Positions 45,923-54,094 of a DNA stretch of 64,000 bases are shown one piece after another. Location of the stretch: assembly GCA_049582105.1 (NCBI GenBank), contig JBAUTG010000066.1, forward strand, positions 5,661 through 69,660, given 5' to 3'. Made by a program: the position numbers and the translations under genes. This DNA comes from Candidatus Dormiibacterota bacterium. GTDB lineage: Bacteria > Chloroflexota > Dormibacteria > Aeolococcales > Aeolococcaceae. How positions within the stretch are numbered: the first letter of the stretch is position 1; the number at the start of each line of letters is the position of its first letter. The notes under the pieces were generated by a model. That model did not search any database. It saw nothing but the letters and a program-made list of their open reading frames with translations, and was not told the DNA's origin.

Positions 45923-46073
45923 CCCAGTCCGCTTCCTCTGGCGGTGCGAGCACGAAGCGAGACGGGTCAAGCCCGATCACCTCGAGCTCCGCATTGCACT
46001 CGGCGCAGGTCACCACCTCACCGCGTTCAACGCCGTCATGGAGTGCCACCTCGGCATTGCACTCAGGACACAT
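45915..46073 (-). CDS. lysW: amino-group carrier protein LysW (52 aa)
   Basis: My translation of the minus strand is [52 protein letters not shown]. It has a CxxC...CxxC zinc ribbon and the hallmark acidic ExDWGE C-terminus. It is below the 60-aa track cutoff. It overlaps the hacB end by 11 nt and the lysX start by 8 nt. Confidence 0.85.
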   Translation of the reverse strand: MCPECNAEVALHDGVERGEVVTCAECNAELEVIGLDPSRFVLAPPEEADWGE

Positions 46074-46572
46074 GCTGCCTCTCCTCGAACGCGGCCCAGC
46101 CGCCGTTGCTGATCAGGTCCAACAGGGAGCCCGATTCGATGATGCGAAGCGCCACACCTGACGGCGGTTCGCCGTGGAGCACGCCGTTCGGCCCGGTGAT
46201 CTCGCCGCTCAGCGTGTCCACCGTCACGTGATCACCCTCTCGCAGGGCTCGATATGCCTCCTGACAGCGGATCACCGGAAGGCCGATGTTCACGGCGTTG
46301 CGATAGAAGATGCGCGAGAAGCCTGCAGCGATCACGGCCGCGACACCGTTCCGCTTGATTGCAAGCGGCGCATGCTCGCGAGAGCTGCCACAGCCGAAGT
46401 TGCGTCCCGCAACGATCACATCACCGGGCTGGACCTCTTCGACGAAATCCGGTCGAGCCTCGATGAGGCACGCGCGTCGCAGCGCATCAGGATCGGTGGT
46501 CACGTTGTAGCGACCCGGCATGATCGCGTCGGTGCTGATGCCGTCACCGAGCAGGAAGACACGTCCGCTCAT
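46063..46572 (-). CDS. hacB: homoaconitase small subunit (LeuD-like)
   Basis: [11 protein letters not shown] and [13 protein letters not shown] motifs; 169 aa. ATGA overlap with the hacA stop. Confidence 0.85.
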   Translation of the reverse strand: MSGRVFLLGDGISTDAIMPGRYNVTTDPDALRRACLIEARPDFVEEVQPGDVIVAGRNFGCGSSREHAPLAIKRNGVAAVIAAGFSRIFYRNAVNIGLPVIRCQEAYRALREGDHVTVDTLSGEITGPNGVLHGEPPSGVALRIIESGSLLDLISNGGWAAFEERQHVS

Positions 46573-47807
46573 GCCACCGCCTCCAGGGACGATGGATCGG
46601 TGATCGCGCCGGCCACCGCGGAGGCGGCGGCCACCGCCGGCGATGCGAGATAGATCATCGCGTCGGGACTCCCCATGCGGCCCGGGTAGTTGCGGTTGCT
46701 CGTTGAGAGCACCCGCTCGCCGGGACCCATCACCCCGTGTTGCCGGCCGAGGCACGGCCCGCACCCCGCGTTGAGCACGAGCGCGCCGGCCAGTGCGAAG
46801 GTCTCGATGTAGCCTGCCGCGAGCGCGTCGAGGTACACGCCACGCGACGCGGGGACGACGATGGTTCGGGTGCGGGGATGGACCGTGCGCCCAGCGAGGA
46901 TTCCCGCGGCCAGCGCGAGATCGCTGAGCCTGCCATTGGTGCAACTCCCGATGAAGACCTCGTCGAGCGGCGTTCCGGAGACGTCGTCGATGTCGTGGAC
47001 GTTGTCGATGCTCGGATACATCGCGATCTGCGGCCGGAGCGAGCCGGCGTCGATCAGCAGCGTCTGCGCGTACTCGGGCCGGACGGGATGCAGGTCGACA
47101 TCCTCACCGCCCGTGTGTGCCCGCGTCACGTCGTCGGGTTCGACGAGCCCGGCCTTGGCACCGAAGTCGGTACTCAGGTTGCAGAGCGTCAGGCGCTCGT
47201 CCACGCTCATCGCTCGCACCGCTTCGCCGGTCCACTCCACCGCGCAGTAGTCGGCACCGTCAGCGCCGAGCTGGCGGATCGCGTGGAGTGCGAGATCCTT
47301 GGCGTACACGCCGTCCGGCAACGCACCGCACACGCCGATGCGAATTGTCTCCGGGATGCGGAACCACGTCTTCCCGGTGGCAAACACCACGCCGATGTCC
47401 GTCGAGCCAAGACCGGTGGCGAAGCACCCGAGCCCGCCGTACGTCGTGCTGTGCGAATCCGCTCCGACCACGATGCCCCCGGGGCGCGCGAATCCGCGGT
47501 CGACGATCACCTGGTGGCAGATGCCCTCAGCGAACAGGTTCGTGATCGCATGCTCGACGCAGAACTCGCGAATGATCCGATGCAGTTCCGCTGCCGCAAC
47601 CGTGTTGGCGGGCATGACATGGTCGAAGCTGAAGACCACGCGGCTTGCGTCCCAGAGGGGCGCGTTGAGCTGCCGGAAGGCGTCGATGGCGAGCGGTCCG
47701 GTCACGTCGTGCGCAAGCGCCACATCGACGCCTGCGACCACGGTGTCGCCGGCGTGAACGGCATGCCCAAGGCGGCGGCTGAAGATCTCCTCGGTCAGGG
47801 TTCCCAT
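46569..47807 (-). CDS. hacA: homoaconitase large subunit (LeuC-like aconitase-family dehydratase)
   Basis: GADSHSTTYG, GSCTNGR and CGPCLG Fe-S ligand motifs; 412 aa. Confidence 0.9.
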   Translation of the reverse strand: MGTLTEEIFSRRLGHAVHAGDTVVAGVDVALAHDVTGPLAIDAFRQLNAPLWDASRVVFSFDHVMPANTVAAAELHRIIREFCVEHAITNLFAEGICHQVIVDRGFARPGGIVVGADSHSTTYGGLGCFATGLGSTDIGVVFATGKTWFRIPETIRIGVCGALPDGVYAKDLALHAIRQLGADGADYCAVEWTGEAVRAMSVDERLTLCNLSTDFGAKAGLVEPDDVTRAHTGGEDVDLHPVRPEYAQTLLIDAGSLRPQIAMYPSIDNVHDIDDVSGTPLDEVFIGSCTNGRLSDLALAAGILAGRTVHPRTRTIVVPASRGVYLDALAAGYIETFALAGALVLNAGCGPCLGRQHGVMGPGERVLSTSNRNYPGRMGSPDAMIYLASPAVAAASAVAGAITDPSSLEAVA

Positions 47808-47817
47808 CGCGCAGCTC

Positions 47818-48954
47818 CTAGCCCTGAGCCCAGCTGACGATCAACGCATCGAGATCGGCGACATCCAGCGGACCCTCGTCACCGCGCCGCTTCACCTCTG
47901 CTGTGAGTCCTCGCAGTCGTTCGTCATCAAGGTCGACGCCGAGCCTTGTCGCCCGGTCGCCCACGGCGTGGCGGCCCGTGAGACGGTGGCCGGTGAGGAT
48001 GCTCCGTTCCCGGCCGAACCGGGCCGGCTCGAGGATCTCGTAGGACCCGGGGTCGGCGAGCACCGCCTTGGTGTGCATCCCCGCCTTGTGGTGGAACGCG
48101 GTCGGTGCGGTGACCGCCGCGTTGAACGGGATCGCGACACCGAGGATCTCGGCCAGCATCGCATCGAGCTCGGGCAGCATCTCCAGCCGGTAGTGGTCGA
48201 CCAGCTCGGGTTGCAGCGTGTGCAGCCGCGCCATCATCGAGGAGAGCGGGACGATGCCGTTGCGCTCCCCGATGCCGAGAACGGTGGTGTCGATGTGCGT
48301 CGCACCCGCCTCGAGGGCTGCGAGTGCGTTCGCGACGGCGCAGCCGGTGTCGTCGTGGGCGTGGAACTCGATGTCGCAACCCACGTGGCGGCGGATGAGC
48401 GAGACGAGGTCGTGCACCTGGGATGGCGTTGCCACGCCGACGGTGTCCGCGAGCCCGACCCGATCGGCCCCAGCGGCGTCGATCGCCTGATAGATCCGGA
48501 CGAGATCCGCAGGGTCGGAGCGGAAGGAGTCCTCGGTGCTGAAACGTGCCTCGAGCCCGGCTCGCCGGATCTCGGAGACGACCACGGTGCCCGACTCGAT
48601 GATCTCGTCGATGCTCATGCCGTGTGAAGCCGGTCGCAGTCGCGAGGAGGTGGCGATGAGCACGTCGACGCCGTCGACACCGGTATCGATCGCGAGGCGC
48701 GCATCCTCGAGACTGCAGCGGACGTGTGTGAGCAGGCGGAACGTGCGCTCGGTCCGTGCGATGCGCCGGAGGTCCGCCTCCGATTGCGGCGACGCGAGCG
48801 GTGAGGTGAGCTCCATGTAGTCGACGCCGAAGCGGTCGAGTGCGGCCGCGATCGCGAGCTTCTGCTCGATCGTGAAATGAGCGAGGGCGAACTGCTCGCC
48901 TTCACGAAGCGTGCTGTCGATGAGGCGAAAGGACTTGATGTTCATGAGGTCCAT
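47818..48954 (-). CDS. hcs: homocitrate synthase
   Basis: MNIKSFRLIDSTLREGEQF N-terminus and HAHDDTGCAVAN metal motif. The start is ATG 48954 or 48945. The listed 5' extension to 49152 runs through the leader region. Confidence 0.9.
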   Translation of the reverse strand: MDLMNIKSFRLIDSTLREGEQFALAHFTIEQKLAIAAALDRFGVDYMELTSPLASPQSEADLRRIARTERTFRLLTHVRCSLEDARLAIDTGVDGVDVLIATSSRLRPASHGMSIDEIIESGTVVVSEIRRAGLEARFSTEDSFRSDPADLVRIYQAIDAAGADRVGLADTVGVATPSQVHDLVSLIRRHVGCDIEFHAHDDTGCAVANALAALEAGATHIDTTVLGIGERNGIVPLSSMMARLHTLQPELVDHYRLEMLPELDAMLAEILGVAIPFNAAVTAPTAFHHKAGMHTKAVLADPGSYEILEPARFGRERSILTGHRLTGRHAVGDRATRLGVDLDDERLRGLTAEVKRRGDEGPLDVADLDALIVSWAQG

Positions 48955-48968
48955 CTGTGCTGTTGGGT

Positions 48969-49001
48969 AAAAAGAAGAGCCCCTTCGAGGAAGGGGCTCT
49001 T
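48969..49001 (-). terminator. intrinsic terminator/attenuator hairpin immediately upstream of hcs
   Basis: On the minus-sense RNA: AAGAGCCCCUUC-CUC-GAAGGGGCUCUU (a perfect 12-bp stem), then CUUUUU, ending 14 nt before ATG 48954. Confidence 0.5.
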
Positions 49002-49034
49002 TTCGGAATCTGATCCGGGTCTGTGCGTACGCCG

Positions 49035-49109
49035 TCAGGCTTTGCGTGCGCGAAGGAACCCACTCCTCGAGAGCGAGCGGGTTTTTTTGGCGATGCGTAC
49101 CGAGGTCAC
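49035..49109 (-). CDS. candidate 24-aa lysine leader peptide MTSVRIAKKTRSLSRSGFLRARKA
   Basis: GTG 49109 to TGA 49035. The tandem AAA-AAA Lys codons come from the A7 run (49082-49088). There is no SD; TTGACG-18-TACGCT (49148-49119) would make the transcript nearly leaderless. Confidence 0.35.
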   Translation of the reverse strand: MTSVRIAKKTRSLSRSGFLRARKA

Positions 49110-49146
49110 GACCGGCGCAGCGTAGCAGCGTCCCGTTGCTCGCGTC

Positions 49147-49177
49147 AACCACGAGCCGCGGATGACCGCTCGTGGTT
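49147..49177. promoter_or_regulatory. perfect 10-bp inverted repeat (candidate operator or RNA hairpin) between the lys and his operons
   Basis: AACCACGAGC (49147-49156), 11 nt, GCTCGTGGTT (49168-49177). It ends 13 nt before hisC ATG 49191, and its left arm overlaps by 2 nt the putative lys -35 box (49143-49148). Confidence 0.4.
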
Positions 49178-49190
49178 CACGATATGACCC

Positions 49191-50249
49191 ATGTCGAGAT
49201 TCCGGCGCGACGCGCTCGGCCCACGGTTCGGATACACGCCCGGGGAGCAACCGTCCGACGTTGCGGCCTGGCTCAAGCTGAACAGCAACGAATCCCCCCT
49301 GCCGCCATCGCCGCATGTCGCCACGGCTGTCGCGGCCGCGGTCGCCGACCTTGCTCGCTATCCGGACCCAGTCGCCGAACCGTTGCGAAGTGCGATCGCA
49401 CGCCATCACGGCGTGCTGCCGGGCCAGGTCTTTGTCGCCAACGGCGCCGACCAGGTGCTCGACTGCCTCTATCGCGCCTACGCCTCGCCCGGTGACAGCG
49501 TGGCGCGCACCGACCCCGGTTACTCGCTCCTTCCCGTGCTTGCGACGCTCTTCTCGGCGCATGACGTCGCGGTGCCGTTGCCCCCGGACGGTGCTCTGCC
49601 GCTCGAGTTCGCGATCGCGCCGGCAGTGCTTCGGGTCGTTGTGAATCCGAACTCTCCGACAGGTACCTGGATCGAACCCGCGGTGCTCGAGACACAGCTG
49701 GCAGGAGCGAGCGGCGTCGTCGCGATCGACGAGGCGTACTGCGATTTCGCTCCGGCGTCCTGCGTCGGTCTGCTCGGCTCGCACCCGAACTGGCTGATCG
49801 TACGGACGCTCTCGAAGGCACATGCGCTCGCGGGTCTTCGCGTCGGATACGCGCTCGGTGCCTCCGACCTGATCGAGGATCTCAATGCGGTCCGCGATTC
49901 GTACCCGGTCGATCGACTGGCCATCGCAGGTGGAGTGGCCGCGCTCGAGGATGAGGCGCACCATGCGCTGATCGTCGAGACCGTGCTGGGCGGGCGCGAG
50001 CGCCTCACCGATGCCCTGACAGGTCTCGGCTGGGATGTCGTGCCGTCGAAGGCCAACTTCATCCTCGCGTCCCCTCCGCCGTCAATGCGGGCCGCGACGG
50101 TCGCGCAGCAGCTTCGTGAGAGACGGATCCTGGTCCGCCATTTCGATACGCCCGGCCTGGCCGAACGATTGCGCATCACCATCGGTGACAGCGATGCGGT
50201 CGACCGAGTCCTCGCAGCCATCAGGGAAATCGAGACCGGGAAATCCTGA
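49191..50249 (+). CDS. hisC: histidinol-phosphate aminotransferase
   Basis: Class-II aminotransferase pattern: LNSNESP, VVNPNSPTG, TLSKAHALAGLRVGY (PLP Lys). Confidence 0.9.
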   Translation: MSRFRRDALGPRFGYTPGEQPSDVAAWLKLNSNESPLPPSPHVATAVAAAVADLARYPDPVAEPLRSAIARHHGVLPGQVFVANGADQVLDCLYRAYASPGDSVARTDPGYSLLPVLATLFSAHDVAVPLPPDGALPLEFAIAPAVLRVVVNPNSPTGTWIEPAVLETQLAGASGVVAIDEAYCDFAPASCVGLLGSHPNWLIVRTLSKAHALAGLRVGYALGASDLIEDLNAVRDSYPVDRLAIAGGVAALEDEAHHALIVETVLGGRERLTDALTGLGWDVVPSKANFILASPPPSMRAATVAQQLRERRILVRHFDTPGLAERLRITIGDSDAVDRVLAAIREIETGKS

Positions 50250-50269
50250 CCGCCACGTAGAATCCCCGC

Positions 50270-51517
50270 ATGAGAGGCATTGACGCTCTGCCGCCGGGTG
50301 CCGGGGCGCGAGGGCGTGCGGACGGATTCAACGACTGGCTTGGAAGCGCTGCGAGGGGTCGCCGGGCGCTCACCGATGGTTTCATCGAGACGTTCGAGTC
50401 CTGGGGTTACTCATTTGTCGTGACGCCGTTGATCGAGCCGCTCGACACGGTCGCTGCCGGCGTGGGCACGTCCCGGCAGTCCGGTCTCTTTCGATTCATG
50501 GACTCGGACGGTTCCCTGCTCGCCCTGGTCGGTGAGCGCACCGTCAGCGTCGCGCGCGTTGTGGCGACCCAGCTGCACGAGGGTCCGTTTCCCTTGCGCC
50601 TCTGCTATGCGGGGCCTGTCCTTCGGAACCAGTCGCTCAACGCCGGACGGCGCCGCGAAAGCCTGCAGGCGGGCTGTGAGCTCGTCGGTGCGACCGGGCT
50701 CGAAGCGGATGCGGAGTGCATCGCCCTCGCTGCCGCCGCACTCGAGCGCGGCGGGCTGAACGGCCTGCAGGTCGACGTGGGTCATGCCGATTTCGTTCCC
50801 GGTCTGCTCGAGTCCGCGGGATTGGACAGGGCGTCGAGGGATGGTGTGCTCGCTGCGCTGGCGAGCCGCGATCTGGTCTCTGTCGAGGCATCACTTGAAG
50901 GCACCGACGTTGCGGATGCCGAGCGACGGCTGCTGCTCGCATTCCCCACGCTGCGCGGCGGACGCGAGATCCTCGACACCGCCTCGAGCGGTCTGCGCGG
51001 CGAGCGGCCGCTTCGCGCGCTGCGGGAGCTCGCGCAACTCTGGGACCTGCTCGAGGCACACGCGATCACCGACCGCGTGCACCTCGACCTGGGCGCGGTC
51101 CGCGACTGGGACTACTACACGGGTCCCACGTTCGAGGTGTTCAGCGAAGACTCGGGATTCGCGCTCGGCAATGGCGGACGGTATGACGCGCTGCTCTCGC
51201 GCTTCGGCGAGAACCTACCGGCCACCGGGTTCGTCCTGCACGTCGATCGCTGTCATGACAGCCTCGAGCGCCGCGCCGGCGCCGCCGCGGAGCCATCGGT
51301 GCTCCGTGTCAGCTGGGAGAAGGATGCTCACGTCGTCGCGCTGGATGCGGCTCGCCGGCTGCGCGAACGCGGCGTCGCATGTGTCTGCGATCTGTCGGCG
51401 TTCGGCGACGGAGTCTTGCGCGTGAGCACTCGCGGTGCTGTCTGGCGGTATCGCGGACGTGAGGAAGAGGGCACCGTCGGCGCAGCGGTCGACGCGCTGT
51501 CACGGAGCGAGTCGTGA
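50270..51517 (+). CDS. hisZ: ATP phosphoribosyltransferase regulatory subunit (HisRS paralog)
   Basis: HisRS-like class-II core without an anticodon domain, immediately upstream of a short-form hisG. Confidence 0.85.
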   Translation: MRGIDALPPGAGARGRADGFNDWLGSAARGRRALTDGFIETFESWGYSFVVTPLIEPLDTVAAGVGTSRQSGLFRFMDSDGSLLALVGERTVSVARVVATQLHEGPFPLRLCYAGPVLRNQSLNAGRRRESLQAGCELVGATGLEADAECIALAAAALERGGLNGLQVDVGHADFVPGLLESAGLDRASRDGVLAALASRDLVSVEASLEGTDVADAERRLLLAFPTLRGGREILDTASSGLRGERPLRALRELAQLWDLLEAHAITDRVHLDLGAVRDWDYYTGPTFEVFSEDSGFALGNGGRYDALLSRFGENLPATGFVLHVDRCHDSLERRAGAAAEPSVLRVSWEKDAHVVALDAARRLRERGVACVCDLSAFGDGVLRVSTRGAVWRYRGREEEGTVGAAVDALSRSES

Positions 51518-52167
51518 AGGGACTGCGAGTCGCGCTCCCCGGCGGCACGCTGCTTCCGGGCGCGTGCGAATTGCTCGATGCGGCAGGCATGATCCACCTC
51601 GACGCCACGCGCTTCGACCGCGAGCTGAGCGTTACCGAAGGGGGTTCGGTCTACGTGAAGGTGCGACCCACAGACGTCCCGGTGTACGTGGAGATGGGCG
51701 CGTGCGACTGCGGCATCGTCGGCAAGGACGTGCTCTGGGAGAGCAACCGCGAGTGCTACGAGCTTGCCGACCTCCGCTTCGGACTCTGCCGCCTCGTGCT
51801 CGCGGCACCACGGGAATCCGCCGTCGCTGCGGGAGCGTGGCCGGCGTCACTGCGGGTGGCGACCAAGTACCCGGAGTCGGCCCGGCAGTTCTTCGCAGCT
51901 CGATCGCTCAACGTCGTGATCATCCGCCTGCACGGCTCTGTCGAGCTGGCGCCCGCAACCGGGCTGGCGGACTGTGTTCTGGACATCACCGCGACTGGAC
52001 GAACGCTGGCCGCAAACGGGCTCATCGAGGTGGCGGAAGCGGGTGTGTCCACTGCACGGCTGATCGCGAACAGCGCTGCACTCAAGACACGGAATGACGC
52101 CGTCGGTGGCTTCGCCGCGGCGTTGCGCCGTGCAGCCGCGTCGCGCCGTGCGGAGGGCGCCGCGTGA
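51514..52167 (+). CDS. hisG: ATP phosphoribosyltransferase, short form
   Basis: 217 aa. LRVALPGG ... DCGIVGKDVL ... DITATGRTL motifs. GTGA overlap with hisZ. Confidence 0.9.
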   Translation: MKGLRVALPGGTLLPGACELLDAAGMIHLDATRFDRELSVTEGGSVYVKVRPTDVPVYVEMGACDCGIVGKDVLWESNRECYELADLRFGLCRLVLAAPRESAVAAGAWPASLRVATKYPESARQFFAARSLNVVIIRLHGSVELAPATGLADCVLDITATGRTLAANGLIEVAEAGVSTARLIANSAALKTRNDAVGGFAAALRRAAASRRAEGAA

Positions 52168-53507
52168 CGATCGAGCTGGCCCGTCTCGACTCAACTCGGT
52201 TCGGCGCCGTCATCCGCGAGCGTGACCGCGAAGGCTTCACCGCGCCGCTGCTCGATGATGCAACGCTGCGCAGGCTTGCGGACATCTTCGGGCGATCGAT
52301 CGGTGCTCAGGAGGCCGTGCGCGAGATCGTCGCCGACGTGCGCGAGCGTGGGGACGTCGCGCTTCGCGAATGGACATATCGGATTGACGGCGTCGATGTC
52401 GCAGACGTGCATGTCGGGCGGGACGCTCTCGAGCGCGCATGGGACCGCCTGGAGCGACCCGTTCGCAACGCGCTCACGGCTGCGGCACAGCGCATTCGTG
52501 AGTTTCATGCGCTGCAGGTGGACGCGGCCGATCGCGGGGCGGCGGGTGCCTGGCTCCGTCCGGTGCCACTTGGTCGTGCCGGCTGCTATGTGCCTGGCGG
52601 GCGCGCCGCATACCCGAGCACCGTCCTGATGTCGGTGATACCCGCCCAGGTTGCCGGAGTCGAGCGGATCGTGATTGCGAGCCCGCCGGCTGCCGGCGGG
52701 GGTGTGCATCCGCTCGTCGCAGCCGCAGCGCACCTGCTTGGAGTCGCCGAGGTGATCGCGGCCGGAGGAGCCCAGGCGATCGCCGCGATGGCGTATGGAA
52801 CGGAGAGCATCGACCGGGTGGACAAGGTTGTCGGCCCGGGCAATGCGTTCGTGACGCTCGCCAAGCACGAGGTGTTCGGCGCCGTCGGCATCGACCAGCT
52901 CGCAGGTCCGAGCGAGATCCTCGTGATCGCGTCAGCAGGCGCTGCGGCGGATCTGATCGTCGCGGATCTCGTCTCGCAGCTCGAGCACGATCCGCTCGCG
53001 TGGGCTGTGTGCCTGACCGACGACGCCGAACTCGGCTCGGCAATCGTCGCGGATTTTGCCGCGACCGCGACCGAAGCCGCGCGCAGCGAGGTCATCGCGA
53101 TGGCGGCAGGGCGTCATGCTGCGCTGGTGGACTGTGGTTCCCTCGACGAATCCCTGTCGCTCGCCGCGGCGTTCGCGCCGGAGCACATATCCCTGCAGGG
53201 TGCGGCGGCCGAGGCTCTCCGCGATCGAGTGCGCAACGCCGGCGCGGTCTTCGTCGGGCCGATGTCGCCGGTGAGCATCGGCGACTACGTGGCCGGACCG
53301 AACCACACGCTCCCGACGCACGGTGCCGCGCGGTATCGCGGACCGCTCTCGGTGATGGACTTCGTCCGCTGGCCAAGTTTCGTGGACCTGTCGGAAGCCG
53401 AGTTCGACGCGCTGTCGCCCGTGGCGATCGCGCTCGCGCAGGCCGAAGGTCTGCATGCCCACGAAGCGGCGATCCGGGCGCGGTCCCGCGTGCGTGAGCG
53501 AGCATGA
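52164..53507 (+). CDS. hisD: histidinol dehydrogenase
   Basis: 447 aa. GGAQAIAAMAYGT, QLEHD and APEHISL motifs. Confidence 0.9.
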   Translation: MTIELARLDSTRFGAVIRERDREGFTAPLLDDATLRRLADIFGRSIGAQEAVREIVADVRERGDVALREWTYRIDGVDVADVHVGRDALERAWDRLERPVRNALTAAAQRIREFHALQVDAADRGAAGAWLRPVPLGRAGCYVPGGRAAYPSTVLMSVIPAQVAGVERIVIASPPAAGGGVHPLVAAAAHLLGVAEVIAAGGAQAIAAMAYGTESIDRVDKVVGPGNAFVTLAKHEVFGAVGIDQLAGPSEILVIASAGAAADLIVADLVSQLEHDPLAWAVCLTDDAELGSAIVADFAATATEAARSEVIAMAAGRHAALVDCGSLDESLSLAAAFAPEHISLQGAAAEALRDRVRNAGAVFVGPMSPVSIGDYVAGPNHTLPTHGAARYRGPLSVMDFVRWPSFVDLSEAEFDALSPVAIALAQAEGLHAHEAAIRARSRVRERA

Positions 53508-54094
53508 CCGCGAGGGTCCGTTCAGCGTCCAAGCGCCGGGACACACGCGAAACCCGGATCAACGCCGATGTGCTGATCGACGGGACGGGGGTGGCGGCGA
53601 TCACATTGCCGCTGCCGTTCTTCCGCCACATGATCGAGGCCTTCGTGAAGTACAGCGGGATGGACGTCACGCTCGATGGGTCGGGCGATATCGATGTGGA
53701 CGCGCACCATCTCGTCGAGGATGTGGGGCTGGTGCTCGGTGGTGCAGTGAGCGACGCGCTCGGCGATCGCGACGGGATCCGGCGCTTCGGCGAGGCGCAC
53801 GCGCCGCTCGACGAGTCGCTGGTGCGCTGCGTTGTCGACTACGGCCGGCGTCCCAACGTCGTGTATGCGATGGACGCGTTGCAGGGGCGGATCAACGATT
53901 TCGACGTTGCGGTCATCGCGGAGTTCGTCAAGGGGTACGCGCAGGCTGCCGGGGCCACCATCCACATGGATTGCATCCGCGGCGACAATCTGCACCACAT
54001 CGCGGAAGCTGCGTTCAAGGCACTCGGGCTCGCAAGTCGCGACGCGTTCCGCGTGATCGGTGGAGGCGTGCCCTCGACCAAGGGGACGCTGTGA
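53504..54094 (+). CDS. hisB: imidazoleglycerol-phosphate dehydratase
   Basis: RDTRETRI ... DAHHLVEDVGLVLG ... GDNLHHIAEAAFKA motifs. Confidence 0.9.
   Translation: MTARVRSASKRRDTRETRINADVLIDGTGVAAITLPLPFFRHMIEAFVKYSGMDVTLDGSGDIDVDAHHLVEDVGLVLGGAVSDALGDRDGIRRFGEAHAPLDESLVRCVVDYGRRPNVVYAMDALQGRINDFDVAVIAEFVKGYAQAAGATIHMDCIRGDNLHHIAEAAFKALGLASRDAFRVIGGGVPSTKGTL

Noticed and set aside
44053-46231. Plus-strand ORFs of 359 aa (44053-45132) and 544 aa (44597-46231), plus smaller ones, across lysK/lysX/lysW
   Set aside because: They are antisense to the well-supported lys genes and have low-complexity Arg/Ser/Ala/Pro composition. They have no RBS context and no family resemblance.
49059-49088. Plus-strand reading of CCCACTC...GAGCGGG + T7 as an intrinsic terminator or the end of a small RNA; likewise the hairpin at 48975-49001 followed by TTTT on the plus strand
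   Set aside because: No plus-strand gene ends upstream of it, since hisC starts downstream at 49191. The first stem also has an A-C mismatch in the plus sense but a G-U pair in the minus sense. The minus-strand attenuator reading explains both hairpins and the A7 run. A plus-strand sRNA cannot be strictly excluded without transcript data.
47818-49152. Long 5' extensions of listed ORFs: hcs to 49152, the GlnA-like gene to 59850, pip to 61927, cupin from 31692, hisH from 53455, hisA from 54459, alr from 26091, the asparaginases from 7556 and 24819, and lysY/K/Z
   Set aside because: The extensions overlap upstream genes or leader regions, are Arg-rich, and precede the conserved family N-termini. 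Internal starts with an RBS or a stop-overlap fit better.
48955-49190. Lysine riboswitch (L-box), T-box, or His-codon leader for the his operon
   Set aside because: I could not find the conserved L-box or T-box core sequences. There is no run of His codons in any plus-strand frame upstream of hisC.
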